NCBI RefSeq assembly: GCF_006345805.1
Contig: NC_042999.1
Span: 8,246,001 to 8,310,000 of the forward strand
Direction of reading: 5' to 3'
From: Octopus sinensis
Lineage: Eukaryota
Length of the DNA stretch: 64,000 nt
Part shown: piece after piece, positions 25,063 to 38,856 of the stretch
How positions within the stretch are numbered: the first letter of the stretch is position 1
Layout: each line of letters starts with the position of its first letter
Program-made: the position numbers and the translations under genes
Notes under the pieces: generated by a model
Database searches by the model: none
What the model was told of the DNA's origin: nothing
Seen by the model: only the letters and a program-made list of their open reading frames with translations

Positions 25063-25739
25063 TCAACATCCTTAGTCCTGTTAATTAAATATATATTCTA
25101 CTATCTGTTTGAAGTTAATAAGTTTGTAAAAATTATCAATTAGCTATTAGAAATAAAATGTACATTATCAAAATGATAAAAGATGTGGAATGAAAATCCG
25201 GTTAGAGAAAGGTATTGATCACTATAAAGACCCATGTTTATCGGTTCAATGTGATATTCGACAAGTTAATTGTATCGTATTCATTTATTGGATTCAGTAT
25301 TAAATAAAATTCATTCATATATTTTATGGCTCGTTGTAAAGTCAATCCATACGAAGTTTTACATTTTAATTTCAAAATTTAAAATTTGGATCGTTTGATG
25401 TTTTTTTAGTTCGAACAATTTTTAATGATCTGAAAGCGTAAATATCAAGGCTTTTTCCAATAAATTAGTGCAAACGATTCTTTTGTGCTGTAGTGGATAT
25501 GTTATGGAATTGAAATATTCATTATTTTTGCGGCTTTCTCGCAATGACTTCTCATTAATGAATATTTACTTTTTAACAGGATTTCATAACTCTCTGATGT
25601 ACATAGATTGTATGGTTTTTATTGCCACATTACGGTTTAGCACGATATATTCTGAGCAATTTCCTGCTGTATAGATTATGATTATTTGTTTGTACTTTTG
25701 AATATCAAACTTCAAAGATCTAGATAGTTTTATTTACTA

Positions 25740-27000
25740 TTGTTTTAAAGAATTCAACTTAAAGACTATAAAATATCTTCCAGTTGTAACAAATTATAAA
25801 CTTTGTTAATCCTACATGGATAAAATTAGCAATATCGTATTGGATCTAATTATCTAAAATTTAATTTCAACATCTCTCCTAGTTCCCTGGGAAAATACAG
25901 TTAATGGTAGTGGAATAGTTTAGAATATTGGCATACTTAAAACAGCGACGTTTTACATCCAAGTTTACAGGCCATTCCTCATTCAAAATTAATGCCGTAA
26001 ATCACTCCTGTTCTATTTTAGACATTAACGAAAGAAAGATAGGAAAATAAGGGTTGCTCGAAAACTACATTAGAATATAAACACTTGGTAAATTTAAAAG
26101 AACTTATAATCAATTTGACCAGAGCTTTGGCACCTACTGTTTTGCCGAAATAAGCAACATTGTAGGCTGTAGGCTTCTACTGTATGGAAATACCAAATAC
26201 TGAAGGAAATATTTACCGGAACGATGCATTGTTAATCATGAAAAAACCACAAATCGATCAATTGAGAAAGTTACGTTGTTTCTTCAGACAATGCAAAATT
26301 AAATCAGGACATTTTGGTAGCAAATCGTTTTTTGAAGCTATGCCTTTTTGTGTCATAAATCTAAATACTTCTTTACGTCCTTGCCTATCAAAGCACCCAC
26401 GGTACAACATTGCTAAAATACACTACGTAAGTTTTCCAAACACTTGACGAACAAACAAATATTCTTAGATAACTCAATTTGTTATAAGGATACGTTGTCG
26501 AAATGTGGATATTAAGACAATCTACACAAAGAAGCAGAAAAAAATAAATACAAAAAAAAGTAAATGGAACATAATTTGATATAAAACCTTTGACAATTTT
26601 GGCGTTGCAACTCCACTAGCACCAACGATTTTTCGAATAAGAAACTAAGCACTTCCTTCACAACACAGATACAACAATCAAATTAATAAGAAAATATCGT
26701 AGATAACTTCTATTAAACCACTCCCAGCTTTTTATTCATATACTTGTTTCGTCCAATTTCCATAAAACAAACAAACAAACCTACGACTAACCAAAATGGA
26801 CCGAAATTGTAACTGCGTTAATTAGATATAGCCAAATTGCCAAGAGAAATATATGATGAATAAACATATTAAATCGTTTCAAAACACGCTATCATCAACA
26901 CGCCTTTACTTTTTGCAACCCAACTAGAAGTTAAAATGTTTATTCATCATTACGTATATGGGGATTAAACACAAGCATCTTTCTATACACCATCAATAGA
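25740..27000 (+). pseudogene. Decayed Penelope-like element (RT + GIY-YIG remnants)
   Basis: QFDQSFGTYCFAEISNIVG (cf. FDVTMGSYDGAEVCELVG), GNIYRNDALL (cf. GLYRDDGL), CYKDTLSKCGY, KWNII, PSQHRYN, NCNC, TYMG, with many stops and frameshifts. Confidence 0.65.
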
Positions 27001-28390
27001 ATATCAGCTCTCAGGCTAAATCGGATAGTAGTAATAAAGACAGAGAGAGGGAGAGAGAGACGTGGAGTCTTGGCATATTGGTAAAAATTCTATTAAGCTT
27101 ATAAATACTTCACTCAGATATACAACATTTATATTAATTTATTTTATTCGACGAACAGGATAATATAATACAATCGTATGAAATACCTGCGTCATTATGA
27201 AATCATTTGCATTAAAATAAACTTACATTAACATTAAAAAAAAAACTTTGTACGCAAATATAAATCACTATTAAAAAAATACCGTATTAACTTTACGACA
27301 TTTGAAACTTTATAATTAATATTTAAAATTTAATATTGACTTTTTGAAAGTTAATATATAGATTGGCTTAACCAAAAATCATAAAACGTGTGAATGAACT
27401 TCAATATTGGATGACTTTGACGAATATGATACCGCAGTCACTTATGTATAAGTAAAAGAATGTGGGTAAACACAACCGCTACAGTGAGCCGATAAATAAC
27501 ATATGCCAGCCGCCATTATCATTGATAACGGCTGCCTTTTTCGGTGGAGAATTCCATATCCTGTAACATTTGCGTTATTCGCAATGCTACTTTCATATAA
27601 TTTTCATTATTTTAATTTTATTTTAATAACATATATAGATTTATTAACGTCAAACACACAAGTAGAATATAATATAATTGACTGATAAACATAAAGACGA
27701 CTTTCGAAAAAGTTATTGGAAAACCTGCTTATGAAATATCCATCGAGTAAACAAGACAGAGAAATTAAAAGCCAAAATTTAATTTTTTCAATTAATGTTA
27801 CCAGAAACTTTTCTGTATTTTCGTCTCTTTTCTTTGTAACGTCTGCAATTCCTCACACTTTTAATTTCTTCCGTTTGCGTGCGTGATCTGATGGATTCCA
27901 TTTTGGTAAGCTATATATAAGTTTTTGGTCACCTATGAAATATGTGTGTGTGTGTGTGTGTGTACAAAAAGAAAGATATACCTACCTACCTACCTACCTA
28001 CCTACCTACCTACCTACCAACATACATACATAATACATACATACATACATACATACATACATACATCATAGATGCGCGATTTCCTACGGAATATAAGTCT
28101 GTAACCCAATTAACAGAAAAAAAGGCACGGAAGAGAAATATACGGAAGCTGAGACCAGTTCAAGGTGGCTATGCTTGATAAGAGCCCACATGTGGAACCC
28201 TTCCGTTCAGTCTTCGCCATGTCACGCAGACTAAGGGGCAAAACGCTTGTAACCCTGAGATCCTTGCTGACAATACGGAATGGTTTCCAGCCTTGCGATG
28301 AATTAGAAGAATCTGCAAAACCTCTGAGTAGCTCCAGCCGTCACTACCCGGGACAAAGCATCTCTGATGTCTATTTCAACGCTCTTTTTC

Positions 28391-28424
<34 letters not shown>

Positions 28425-29179
28425 ATACACACATACTTATACATACATGATGATGGCTGTCTACTCGTTAGACGAACGTGACCATTGCTGACAAGTGCCA
28501 GCAAAACTTGTGCTCTTTCAAGTGTTTTAAGTCGAGTGCGACTTGTACAATACCACAATGATCCTCAATAACAATACCAAGAAGCCCAGAGACAATCAAC
28601 GTGCGAGATATCCAGCTCCATAGAGCAACAGGTTTTATATACAAGTTAACCTTCTCCCAAAAGGGATGCCTTATGAAAGATCAGGGGCCCCTGACACCCA
28701 GTGGGCTTACTGCACCCTCGGGCATCAACCAAAGTATTTTTACAGGCTGTGCTCACATGCTAGTTACCCCATAGCTGGGACTCTGAGAGGTGCAACATCT
28801 TCGAGTCAGAACAGACCTTGGAATGAGTACTGGCTAAAAGATGGTTCCACACTCCTCCAAATTCTGGAATTTCCGAATCAGAGTCCTACTACTGGATGCA
28901 GCTTAAAGTCACATCCAGGACATGAAGGCGTGTGGCTAAGGAGTTAAGGCATTCGACTTATGATCGTGGGGTCGTGAGTTCGACTCGTGGCGGTGTGTTG
29001 AGTCCGTGATCAAGACATGTTATTTCACGTCACCCAGTCCACTTGGCTGGCAAAAATGAATTGCAGCTGTAATTCAAAGGGCCAGCCTTGTCACACTCTG
29101 TGTCACGCTGAATCTCATTTAGAACTCCTTTTAGAGTACGTGTGTCTGTGGAGTGCTCAGCCACTTGCAAGTTAATTTC

Positions 29180-29219
<40 letters not shown>

Positions 29220-29489
29220 ATCACGTGACCGACCAGACCATCAGATGTTGTTACACATCGCTGGTCACAATGCGTTCGCATTGTTTTTGCCTTCGAATGA
29301 CGCCACCCCGCTGGCTAAGCGAGGAGGCCAACAAAAGAAAGAGTGAGAGAAAGAGTGGTGAAAGAGTACAGCAGGGATCACCACTACCCCCTGCCGAAGC
29401 CTCGTGGAGCTTTTAAGGTGTTTTTCGCTCAATAAACACACACAACGCCCGGTCTGGGAATCGAAACCGCGATCCTACGACCGCGCCTC

Positions 29490-29524
<35 letters not shown>

Positions 29525-29584
29525 TATATATATATATATTATATATATATATATGTATGTATATATATGTATATGTATATATAT

Positions 29585-29865
<281 letters not shown>

Positions 29866-29902
29866 AAACTAATCACAACTACCCAATCAAAATCCCTCAT
29901 AT

Positions 29903-29942
<40 letters not shown>

Positions 29943-30132
29943 TACAAATGCACAAACACAATACCATTACAAGTAATTTCAATTAGTTTGCTGGGTGGGG
30001 GGAAGTTACTACGAGCCAAAGAAATTAATAATATCAATAGAATTAATACTAATTAATAAATCAATATATTTATAAATACATACATATACATATGTACGCA
30101 TACATAGATGTGTATATGTATATGCGTGTAGA

Positions 30133-30501
30133 CGGCACTCCGTCGTTTACGACGATGAGGGTTCCACTTGATCCGAGTAACGGAACAGCCTGCTTGTGGA
30201 ATTAACTTGCAAGTGGCTGAGCACTCCACAGATACGTGTACCCTAAACGTAGTTCTCGGAGAGATACAGAGTGACACAAAGCTGGCCCTTTGGAATACAG
30301 GTACAACAGAAACGGGAAGAAAGAGTGAGAGAAAGTTATGGAAAAAGAGTACAGCAGGGATCACCACCATCCCCTGCCGGAGCCTCGTAGAATTTAAGGT
30401 GTTTTCACTCAATAAACACTCACAACGCCCGGTCTGGGAATCGAAACCGCGATCCTACGACCGCGCGTCCGCTGCCCTAACCACTGAGCCATTGCGCCTC
30501 C
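30133..30501 (-). mobile_element. SINE-C
   Basis: Reverse complement of 40724-41107. Confidence 0.88.
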
Positions 30502-30750
30502 ACCTGTGTATATATACAGAATATACATAGCATCAAAGCCAACGAGTTAAATCTTCAGTAACTCATTAAAGAAATTAACTGCGAAGAATGCGTTAATTAT
30601 GCCAGTCAGTCTTACCGATTTACGTGAGCCAACTAGAATAGTGACGTTATAAACAGCGTTAAGTGACCACAGCAATTATTCTGATCCCTAGTTTATTTTT
30701 TGTGTCCACGAATATGTTGTATTTAATCATGAGGTGTTTACGCCACTATA

Positions 30751-30977
30751 TACAAGCTTGGCCAAAAGTCAGCTGACAGTAAATCAAAGCCATTTAATTC
30801 CAGTGTTTAACAACTGAATGAATTTAATAAGATCCCCTAAATATGAAACATCATGAAAAGTGTTCAAACTGAAGTCCTTCTTGAGTGACACATTCTTCCT
30901 TTCGAGTCAATACAGAATTTCAGATAGTATTTATGGAATTTTGATTTACTGTCGTGTGACTTTTGGCCAACCATGTA
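30751..30977. mobile_element. Tc1/mariner-like MITE
   Basis: TA-CAAGCTTGGCCAAAAGTCAGCTGACAGTAAATCAAA vs the reverse complement of TTTGATTTACTGTCGTGTGACTTTTGGCCAACCATG-TA. Confidence 0.7.
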
Positions 30978-31140
30978 TATACATGATGCCTTTATATCTC
31001 TGTATAAAGTGAAGGTATTTATATACTGTGAGACAAAAACTGGCTGAGTGGGTATAGTGTTGAAGAGAATATTTCTTGATTCCAACTCTTTGAGTTCAAA
31101 TGCTGCTGAAGTCAACTGAACATTTTATCTTTTCAGAGTC

Positions 31141-31300
31141 GCAGAAGTGGCTGTGTGGTAAGTAGCTTGATTACAAACCACATAGTTAGGTTCAGTCACA
31201 CTGCGTGGCAACTTGGGCAAGTGTCTTCTACTATAGCCTCGGACCAACAAAAAAAGCCTTGTGTGTCAATTTGGTAGACAGAATCTGAAAGAAGCCGTCG

Positions 31301-31349
<49 letters not shown>

Positions 31350-31622
31350 TATATATATGTAATTATATATATATATATATAGTGTGTGTGTGTGTGTGTG
31401 TGTGTGGTTTGTTTGTGTTTGTTCCCCCACCATCGCTTGACAACCGATGCTGGTGTGTTTACGTCCCCGTAACTTAGCGGTTCAGCAAAAGAAACGGATA
31501 GAATAAGTACTAGGCTTACAAAGAATAAGTCCTGGAGTCAATTTGCTCGACTAAATGCGGTGCTCCAGCATGGCCACAGTTAAATGACTGAAACAAGTAA
31601 AAGAGTAAAAGAGTAAAAGAGT
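31141..31622 (+). mobile_element. SINE-A
   Basis: Full length with an expanded internal microsatellite. Confidence 0.9.
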
Positions 31623-32515
31623 CAATAAAGCGGTATCAATCTTGGTGTAATGAATTTGCGAAATCATTAACGTCTTTTTGGCAAAGGGCCAGGCTTTTGA
31701 GTTCTCACATAAGAATGTCTATGATTACAGTGGCTCCAATCTGTATTGGCCCTTGTCTCGGATCGCCTTTGGAAGACATAGGTGACATGGATATTAGAGT
31801 GTTTCTTTATATATTTCTTTATTAACCACAAGGGGCTAAACAAAGAGAGGACAAACAAGGACATACAAACGGATTAAGTCGATTATATCGACCCCAGTGC
31901 GTAACTGGTACTTAATTTGTCGACCCCGAAAGGATGAAAGGCAAAGTCGACCTCGGCGGAATTTGAACTCAGAACATAACGGCAGACGAAATACTGCTAA
32001 GCATTTCGCCCGGCGCGCTAACGTTTCTGCCAGTTAGCCGCCTTAAGAGTGTTTCTTTATAGCGTAACTGATAGTCTGCGCAAAATAAACCTTGCTCAGG
32101 TCTGCGCATACAAGTGTTGTTCTGTTGTAAACCCTGACAAGCTGAAATTTCATACGTGACATACACTAAAGGTTAAACATCTTTAGATATATTTTTATAG
32201 TACAATGCAACATCGTTGAAACTAAACCCTGTCGATGTCTCTCTAACTTATCGAACTACTTCTAAGCATGCGCTGAAAATGCAAACTTATCCTCTGGTTT
32301 CCTTAAGACAATAGTTGAAGGTGCTTCCTAAGCAGTGCTGTTCTGGGTAGTTAAAGATATTGCACAATCAGGATAGAAACCCCAACATACCTTTGAACTT
32401 TGCGCTGTTGATTTTTTTTTTCTGCTCATCAAGATATTTTATATTCAGACAAATTTCTCTATTGCATACAATCTATATAAATAGATGGTTTCTTATATTT
32501 ATTTATGCTAATCTA

Positions 32516-32554
<39 letters not shown>

Positions 32555-32904
32555 ATATATATATATATATATACATGAGTGAATATTATTCCAAACTTAC
32601 TGGGTAAAATTCAATTTAGAAATTCTAAATCAAATTTCACAAAATATTATATATATATATATAAATTAGAAAAACCTACCTTTTATCAATTCAATAATGA
32701 AAAATTAAATTACACCATCTAGAAAATTACATGTTATAGAAAAATTAAATATAAGATAAAACATATAACGATGATTAAGTAAAGTGCAAAATAATAAATA
32801 AAACGTATATATTTGGTAGAATAATATTATGTAATTTTCTATATGGTGTAATTTAATTTTTCATTATTGAATTGATAAAAGGTGTTTTTTTTTCTAATTT
32901 ATAT

Positions 32905-33791
32905 ATGTATGTATGTATGTATGTAGTATGTATGTATGATGTATGATGTATGTAGGTATGTGTGTGTGATGTATGTATGTATGTATGCATGAATGCATGT
33001 ATGTATGTATGTATGTGTATGTATGTATGCATGTATGTATGTATGTATGTATGTATGTGTGTTATGTATGTATGTATGTCGGTTGTATGTATGTATGTAG
33101 TATGTATGTATGTATGTGTGTAGGTATGTATGTATGTATATATGTATGTATGTATGTATGTAGTATGTGTGTATGTATGTATGTATGTCGGTATGTATGT
33201 ATGTATGTATGTATGTATGTATGTGTGTATGTATGTATGTATGTATGTATGTATGTATGTATGTATGTCGGTATGTATGTATGTATGTATGTATGTATGT
33301 ATGTATGTATGTGTGTGTGTATGTATGTATGTATGTATGTATGTATGTATGTATGTATGTCGGTATGTATGTATGTATGTATGTATGTATGTATGTATGT
33401 GTGTGTGTATGTGTGTATGTATGTATGTATGTATGTATGTATGTATGTATGTATGTATGTGTGTATGTATGTATGTATGTCGGTATGTATGTATGTATGT
33501 ATGTATGTATGTATGTATGTGTGTGTGTATGTGTGTATGTATGTATGTATGTATGTATGTATGTATGTATATGTATGTATGTATGTGTGTATGTATGTAT
33601 GTATGTCGGTATGTCTGTATGAATGTATGTATGTATGTATGTATGTCGGTATGTATGTATGTATGTATGTATGTATGTATGTATGTATGTGTGTATGTAT
33701 GTATGTATGTCGGTATGTATGTATGTATGTATGTATGTATGTATGTATGTATGTATGTATGTGTGTATGTATGTATGTATGTATGTATGTA
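32905..33791. repeat. About 890-bp (TATG)n microsatellite with TGTG/TCGG variants
   Basis: Direct reading; it explains ORFs 32899-33992. Confidence 0.97.
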
Positions 33792-34018
33792 TACGAGGGT
33801 GAATCAAAAAGTAATGCCATTTTGTTTAGGACAGGTATAATTACCAACACAGGAACATGTATCATACATCAAAATGAAGCTGGTCCCCTTTGGATCACAT
33901 TCCTTCTTCTCAACATAGTCACCGTTTCCTTCAATAGCAATATCCCAGCTTCGAATGAGAGCATGCATCCCTGCCCCATAAAATTCTGTTGACTTTTCTT
34001 TGAGCCACTTCTTCACTA
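33792..34018 (-). mobile_element. 3' end of a mariner transposon
   Basis: TA-CGAGGGTGAATCAAAAAGTAATGCC TIR. The minus strand encodes VKKWLKEKSTEFYGAGMHALIRSWDIAIEGNGDYVEK. Confidence 0.85.
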
Positions 34019-34039
34019 CAGTTTTCTCTAATATAGGCG

Positions 34040-34640
34040 CAGGTGGTAAGTAGCTTGCTTACCAACCACATGATCCCGGGGTCAGTCAGTGAGCAAGTGT
34101 CTTCTACTATAGCCTCGGGTTGACCAAAGCATTGTGAGTGGATTTGGTAGACGGAAACTGAAAGGAACCTGTCGTAAATATGTATGAATATATATATACA
34201 CATATATAGTTAATCCAAACAAGAAAGCACAAAAAACACAACAACGGGAGGATGTGGAACAAATATAGTATTATTGGATGCTCAGGAAAGGAGGAAAGAA
34301 GGAGGGTTTAACGTTTCGAGCGGAGCTCTTCGTCGGAAACATAGGAGAAGGAAAGATCCAGAGAAGGGAATTCAGAGGAAAAAAATCGCCAACGTTTCAC
34401 ACGCGGTCACATATATAAGTATATGTTTGTGTGTCTGTGTTTGTCCCCCCAACATTGCTTGATAACCGATGCTGGTGCGTTTATGTCCCATAACTTAGCG
34501 ATTCGGCAAAAGTGACCGATAGAATAAGTACTAGGCTTACAAAGAATAAGCCCTTGAGTCGATTTGTTCGACTAAAGGCGGTGCTCCAGCATGGCCGCAG
34601 TCAGATAACTGAATCGAATAAAAGATTAAAAGAATAAAAG
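34040..34640 (+). mobile_element. SINE-A interrupted by a ~200-bp hammerhead-bearing element (about 34208-34410)
   Basis: The 5' half runs to about 34205 and the 3' half from about 34411. The insert sits in the SINE's internal (TA)n. Confidence 0.8.
34306..34340 (-). ncRNA. Minimal hammerhead-like motif with U4C
   Basis: Minus strand: GTTT CCGACGA a GAGC-tcc-GCTC GAAA CGT T AAAC. All three stems intact; core position 4 is C. Confidence 0.55.
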
Positions 34641-34779
34641 AATATATATATATATATATATCCCTCTCTGGACTCCTTCCACCACCGTCTGTCTCTGGTC
34701 AGTTGTGGACATATAGACCTCAGTTAGCGGGTGAGATCACCTCACCTGGATCTTGTCCATCGTCATGGTGTCCATTACA

Positions 34780-34879
34780 NNNNNNNNNNNNNNNNNNNNN
34801 NNNNNNNNNNNNNNNNNNNNNNNNNNNNNNNNNNNNNNNNNNNNNNNNNNNNNNNNNNNNNNNNNNNNNNNNNNNNNNN
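34780..34879. other. Assembly gap (100 N)
   Basis: Run of N. Confidence 1.
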
Positions 34880-35512
34880 GGCTGCATTATTATGGAAAAT
34901 TGAATTCATAAACAACTCAAGTTTCGGAATTAATAACTACAAACGAAAGGTACATTATGTTTTTGTGTTTGAAACGAGGAAAATATATATTTCTGGGGAT
35001 AATATAAATAAATATGATTTTTATCAATATTTCTTGAAGTCATTTGCCAAAGACGATATTTATGTTTCGTTTGATACTGTAAAAGATCGATTAGTGCTGT
35101 AGCTACATTTCACAAGATGCACTAAACGAGACAGTGCTATACGGGGTCATAATGACACAGCATTGAAAGACAACACAAACTCAAACGGAAGTGAAAAACC
35201 TCGCCAAACGACGAGAAAAATCCAAGCAATTTCTCTCTTAGATGATATTGCACGGAGACATCTTCTACATTATGACCTGCAGTTATAAAGAAATTAAATT
35301 ACACATTTAAGATCAAAAGTATGAAACGTATTGAATTTATATAGATAAATTAAAATTAAGGTGTGTATATATATATATATATATTGGTAAAAACGGTAAG
35401 ATAACAAAAAAAGAAAGAGACCTCAATACTATGTAAATAGGGGAAATTTATCTGTAAAAATGATATATGACAATTACTCGGTAGCCAAGATAAAACTCTG
35501 AGTTTCGGATGG

Positions 35513-35580
35513 CCAGATTACTGAAGAGATGGTGGTGTGGATTTCCACCTCAGCATCCGAAACTCAGAGTTTTATCTTGG
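35513..35580 (+). ncRNA. Hammerhead-like motif between 30-bp inverted repeats
   Basis: CTGAAGA (35521-27), stem II GATG...CATC with a bulged C, GAAA (35559-62), quasi-palindromic stem III ACTC-A-GAGT. Stem I is imperfect. Confidence 0.45.
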
Positions 35581-36039
35581 CTATTTTACAGAATATATAT
35601 ATATATATATATATATATAAGATATATATATCTTGTAAAAATAATATGTTACGATTACTCGGTATATATATATATATGAGGAGCAATCCGTCGGTTACGA
35701 CGAGAAGGGTCCCAGCTGATACGATCAACGGAACAGCTTGCTCGTGAAATTAACGTGCAAGTGGCTGAGCACTCCACAGACACTTGTACCTCTAACGTAG
35801 TTCTCGGGGAGATTCAGAGTGACACAGAGTGTGACAAGGCCGACCTTTTGAAATACACATACTACTCATATTTTCCAGCTGAGTGGACTGAGCAACGTGA
35901 AATAAAGTGTCTTGCTCAAGGACACAACGCGTCGCCGGGAATCGAACTCACGGCCATACAATCGTGAGTCGAATGCCCTAACCACTAAGCCACGCGCCTT
36001 CACAATACACACACACATGCACACACATAGATATATTAT

Positions 36040-36716
36040 TTTATTCATTTACTTGTTTCAGTCATTCGAGACTGCGGCCATGCTGAAGCACCACCTTTAG
36101 TCGAACGAATCGACCCCAGAACTTATTCTTTGTAAGCCTAGTACTTATTCTATCTATCACTTTTGCCGAATCGCTAATGTGACGGGGACGTAAACACACC
36201 AACATCGGTTGTCAAGTGATGGTGGGGGAACAAACACACACAAACAACAAGCACATACATATATATTAATATATATATATCTATATATATATAATACGAC
36301 CGGCTTCTTTCAGTTTCCGTCTACCAAATCCACTCATAAGGTTTGGTTGGCAACCCGAGGCTATAGTAGAAGACACTTGCCAGGGGTGCTACGCAGGTTC
36401 AGTCCCACTGCGTGGTACCTGGGGCAAGTGTCTTCTACTATAGCCTCGGGTTGCCAACCAAAGCCTTATGAGTGGATTTGGTAGGCGGAAACTGAAAGAA
36501 ACCCGTCGTATATATATGTATATATATGTATTTGTGTGTCTGTATTTGACAACCGATGTTGGTGTGTTTACGTTCCCCTAACTTAGCGGCTAAGCAAAAG
36601 AGACCGATAGAATAAGTAATAGGCTTACAAAGATTAAGTCCAGTGGTCGGTTTGTTTGACAAAATGCGGTGCTCCAGCATGGCCGGTGTCGAATGACTGG
36701 AATAAGTAAAAGAAAA
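36040..36716. mobile_element. Inverted pair of headless SINE-A copies joined at the B-box
   Basis: Minus copy about 36040-36395, plus copy about 36396-36716. Confidence 0.8.
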
Positions 36717-37405
36717 AAAGAAAAACGTGTGTGTGTGTATGGATGGACTCATGTGGCTTAGTGTTTAGAGCATTCGTCTCAAGATCGTAACGTCGTGAGT
36801 TCAATTCCCGCCGACGCGTTGTGTCCTTGAGCAAGATACTTTATTATACATTCTTCCACTTTACTCAGCTGGCAAAAATGAGTAGAACCTGTATTTCAAT
36901 GGGTCAGCCTTGTCACATTCTGTGTCATGGCTGAATCTCCCTGTCTGTGGAGTACTCAACCACACGCTCGTTAATTTCACTGACGACGTGCCAGTGTCAG
37001 TGTATGTGTGTGTGTGTGGGGGTGTAGTAATGTATAAACATGTATATATTGTCATTCTCTGAACAAACCATTCTTGGGACATTATTGAAAAGGTTACAGA
37101 CCTGCGACGAAGGAATTTGGTAAATTGATTGAATAAAGCGGTGGAACTCCAGACGCCGCATATTTTGTGGCTGGCAGAATGAAATCTGTGGAAATGTAAC
37201 GACATCTCTGTCTTGAAACACAGGGTTTCACGCGAAGAATAATAAGGAGGAAGTACAAACCAATATATGTGTGTGTGTGTGTGGAAGGCAGGGGTTACAG
37301 ACTGGGTAGCTAAAATATATCGAAGAAACATAGACAAAGAAAGAAAATACAACTTGTGGATTAGATGGCATTTTGCCGAAAGCAGTTTTATTATTATTAT
37401 TATTA

Positions 37406-38109
37406 CTTTTTTTTTTCTTCTTCCATTTCTTGCCGAGTGTCTTCCCGACTCCTAGGGCAAAGAAACTCATAGTATACATTGGTAGGCCATTAAACCAAAC
37501 TCAGTAGTTCGTTAATTTTTTTTTTTTTTTTTTTTTTTAAAGTTAAATTAAAATACATGGGTAGTAATAGTTCTCACTCGACAATGCTCTTCTCAATACG
37601 TGTGATGTACCAGTTAAGACAATCTTTTGCACTTCTTGCAGGGATGGTAACCCGGGATCATTCTCATATAATTTTCGGTTCCCTTCTTGATCATTCCTAG
37701 TGCTCCTACGATTACTGGTATTGTAACCGCTTTGAGATGCCACATTTTCTCAATTTCAATGAGTTAGGTCTTTATATTTTCTGAGCTTGTCAAACTCTTT
37801 CGCTGAGATATTATGATCACAGTGGATGCTCATGTCGATCAATAAGCAAACCTTTATGGTTTTGGTCTTTCACAACATATCTGGTTTATTGGCCTTGATG
37901 GTTCGGTCTGTATGTACTGGAAAGTCCCACAGAATGGTTACATTTTCTCCTTCAGTTACAGCCTCAGGGTGGTGATTATACCACTTGTCGGCAGTTTTGA
38001 TATTGTAATGCCGACTTATTAGCCAGTGGAGATATTGGCCAACTCTGTCATGTCTTAATTTATACTCCACTGGTGCTAAGACTTTACATCCAGAGATTAG
38101 GTGGTCCAC

Positions 38110-38112
<3 letters not shown>
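37406..38112 (-). mobile_element. 5'-truncated copy of the same Dong/R4 family, inside a (TAA)n array
   Basis: Nearly identical to about 55080-55795 (TVDHLISGCKVLAPVEYKLRHDRVG... and the 3' UTR), with a few indels. Flanked on both sides by (TTA)n. Confidence 0.92.
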
Positions 38113-38170
<58 letters not shown>

Positions 38171-38171
<1 letters not shown>

Positions 38172-38710
38172 TATGTTTGACTTTTGCTTTATATTTGTAC
38201 AAGTTGGCTCCAAGTCTCACCCAGAGACCTCAAGAGACAACAGGCTGGAAGTTCACGTTGTTGTTATGCCTAGTGTGCCATATATTTAGTTGTTTTTTTT
38301 TTGTGTTGTACTAGTGGATGTCTAATAAATAAATTTTTTAAAAAAGTTTGTTTTAAACCTTGAGATTACATAGAGAGTATATTGCGTAGGATATGAGCAG
38401 TTCCCATGAGCACTATCTTTTGAATTTCTGCCATTTTGAGGTTTCCTGGTATCTGAGTTGGGTAGCAATCAGCCCCTTTCGCTATCATTCCCAGGGCACC
38501 TATGACAAGAGGTATTGTTTTAGTCTTCAGGTTCCACATTTTGCTTATTTCTATTTCAAGATCTTTATATTTGCTCAGTTTTTGGTAGGTCTTGACAGAT
38601 ACGTTTATATCGATTGGGACAGTCATATCAATGAGGAGGCATGTTCTTTGTCTGAAGTCTTTCAATATGATGTCTGGCCTATTTGCATCTATCTTATTAT
38701 AATTATGGAG
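38171..38710 (-). mobile_element. 3' fragment of a second Dong/R4-like subfamily
   Basis: ORF 38366-38746: NRPDIILKD...CLLIDMTVP...KLSKYKDLEIEI...IPLVIGALG (RLE domain). Different 3' UTR ending at the (TAA)n array 38113-38170. Confidence 0.85.
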
Positions 38711-38856
38711 AGGATAAACTACCTTTCTAGAACTGAACTTGATCAATAAAAAGAGAATACTATGCGATATAGATTATAAGTCACAGAAAGACCAAACTTT
38801 GGCAAGAACAAAAGAGAATATTGTTGTAAAGGCATTATAATCGTTACTTCAATAAA

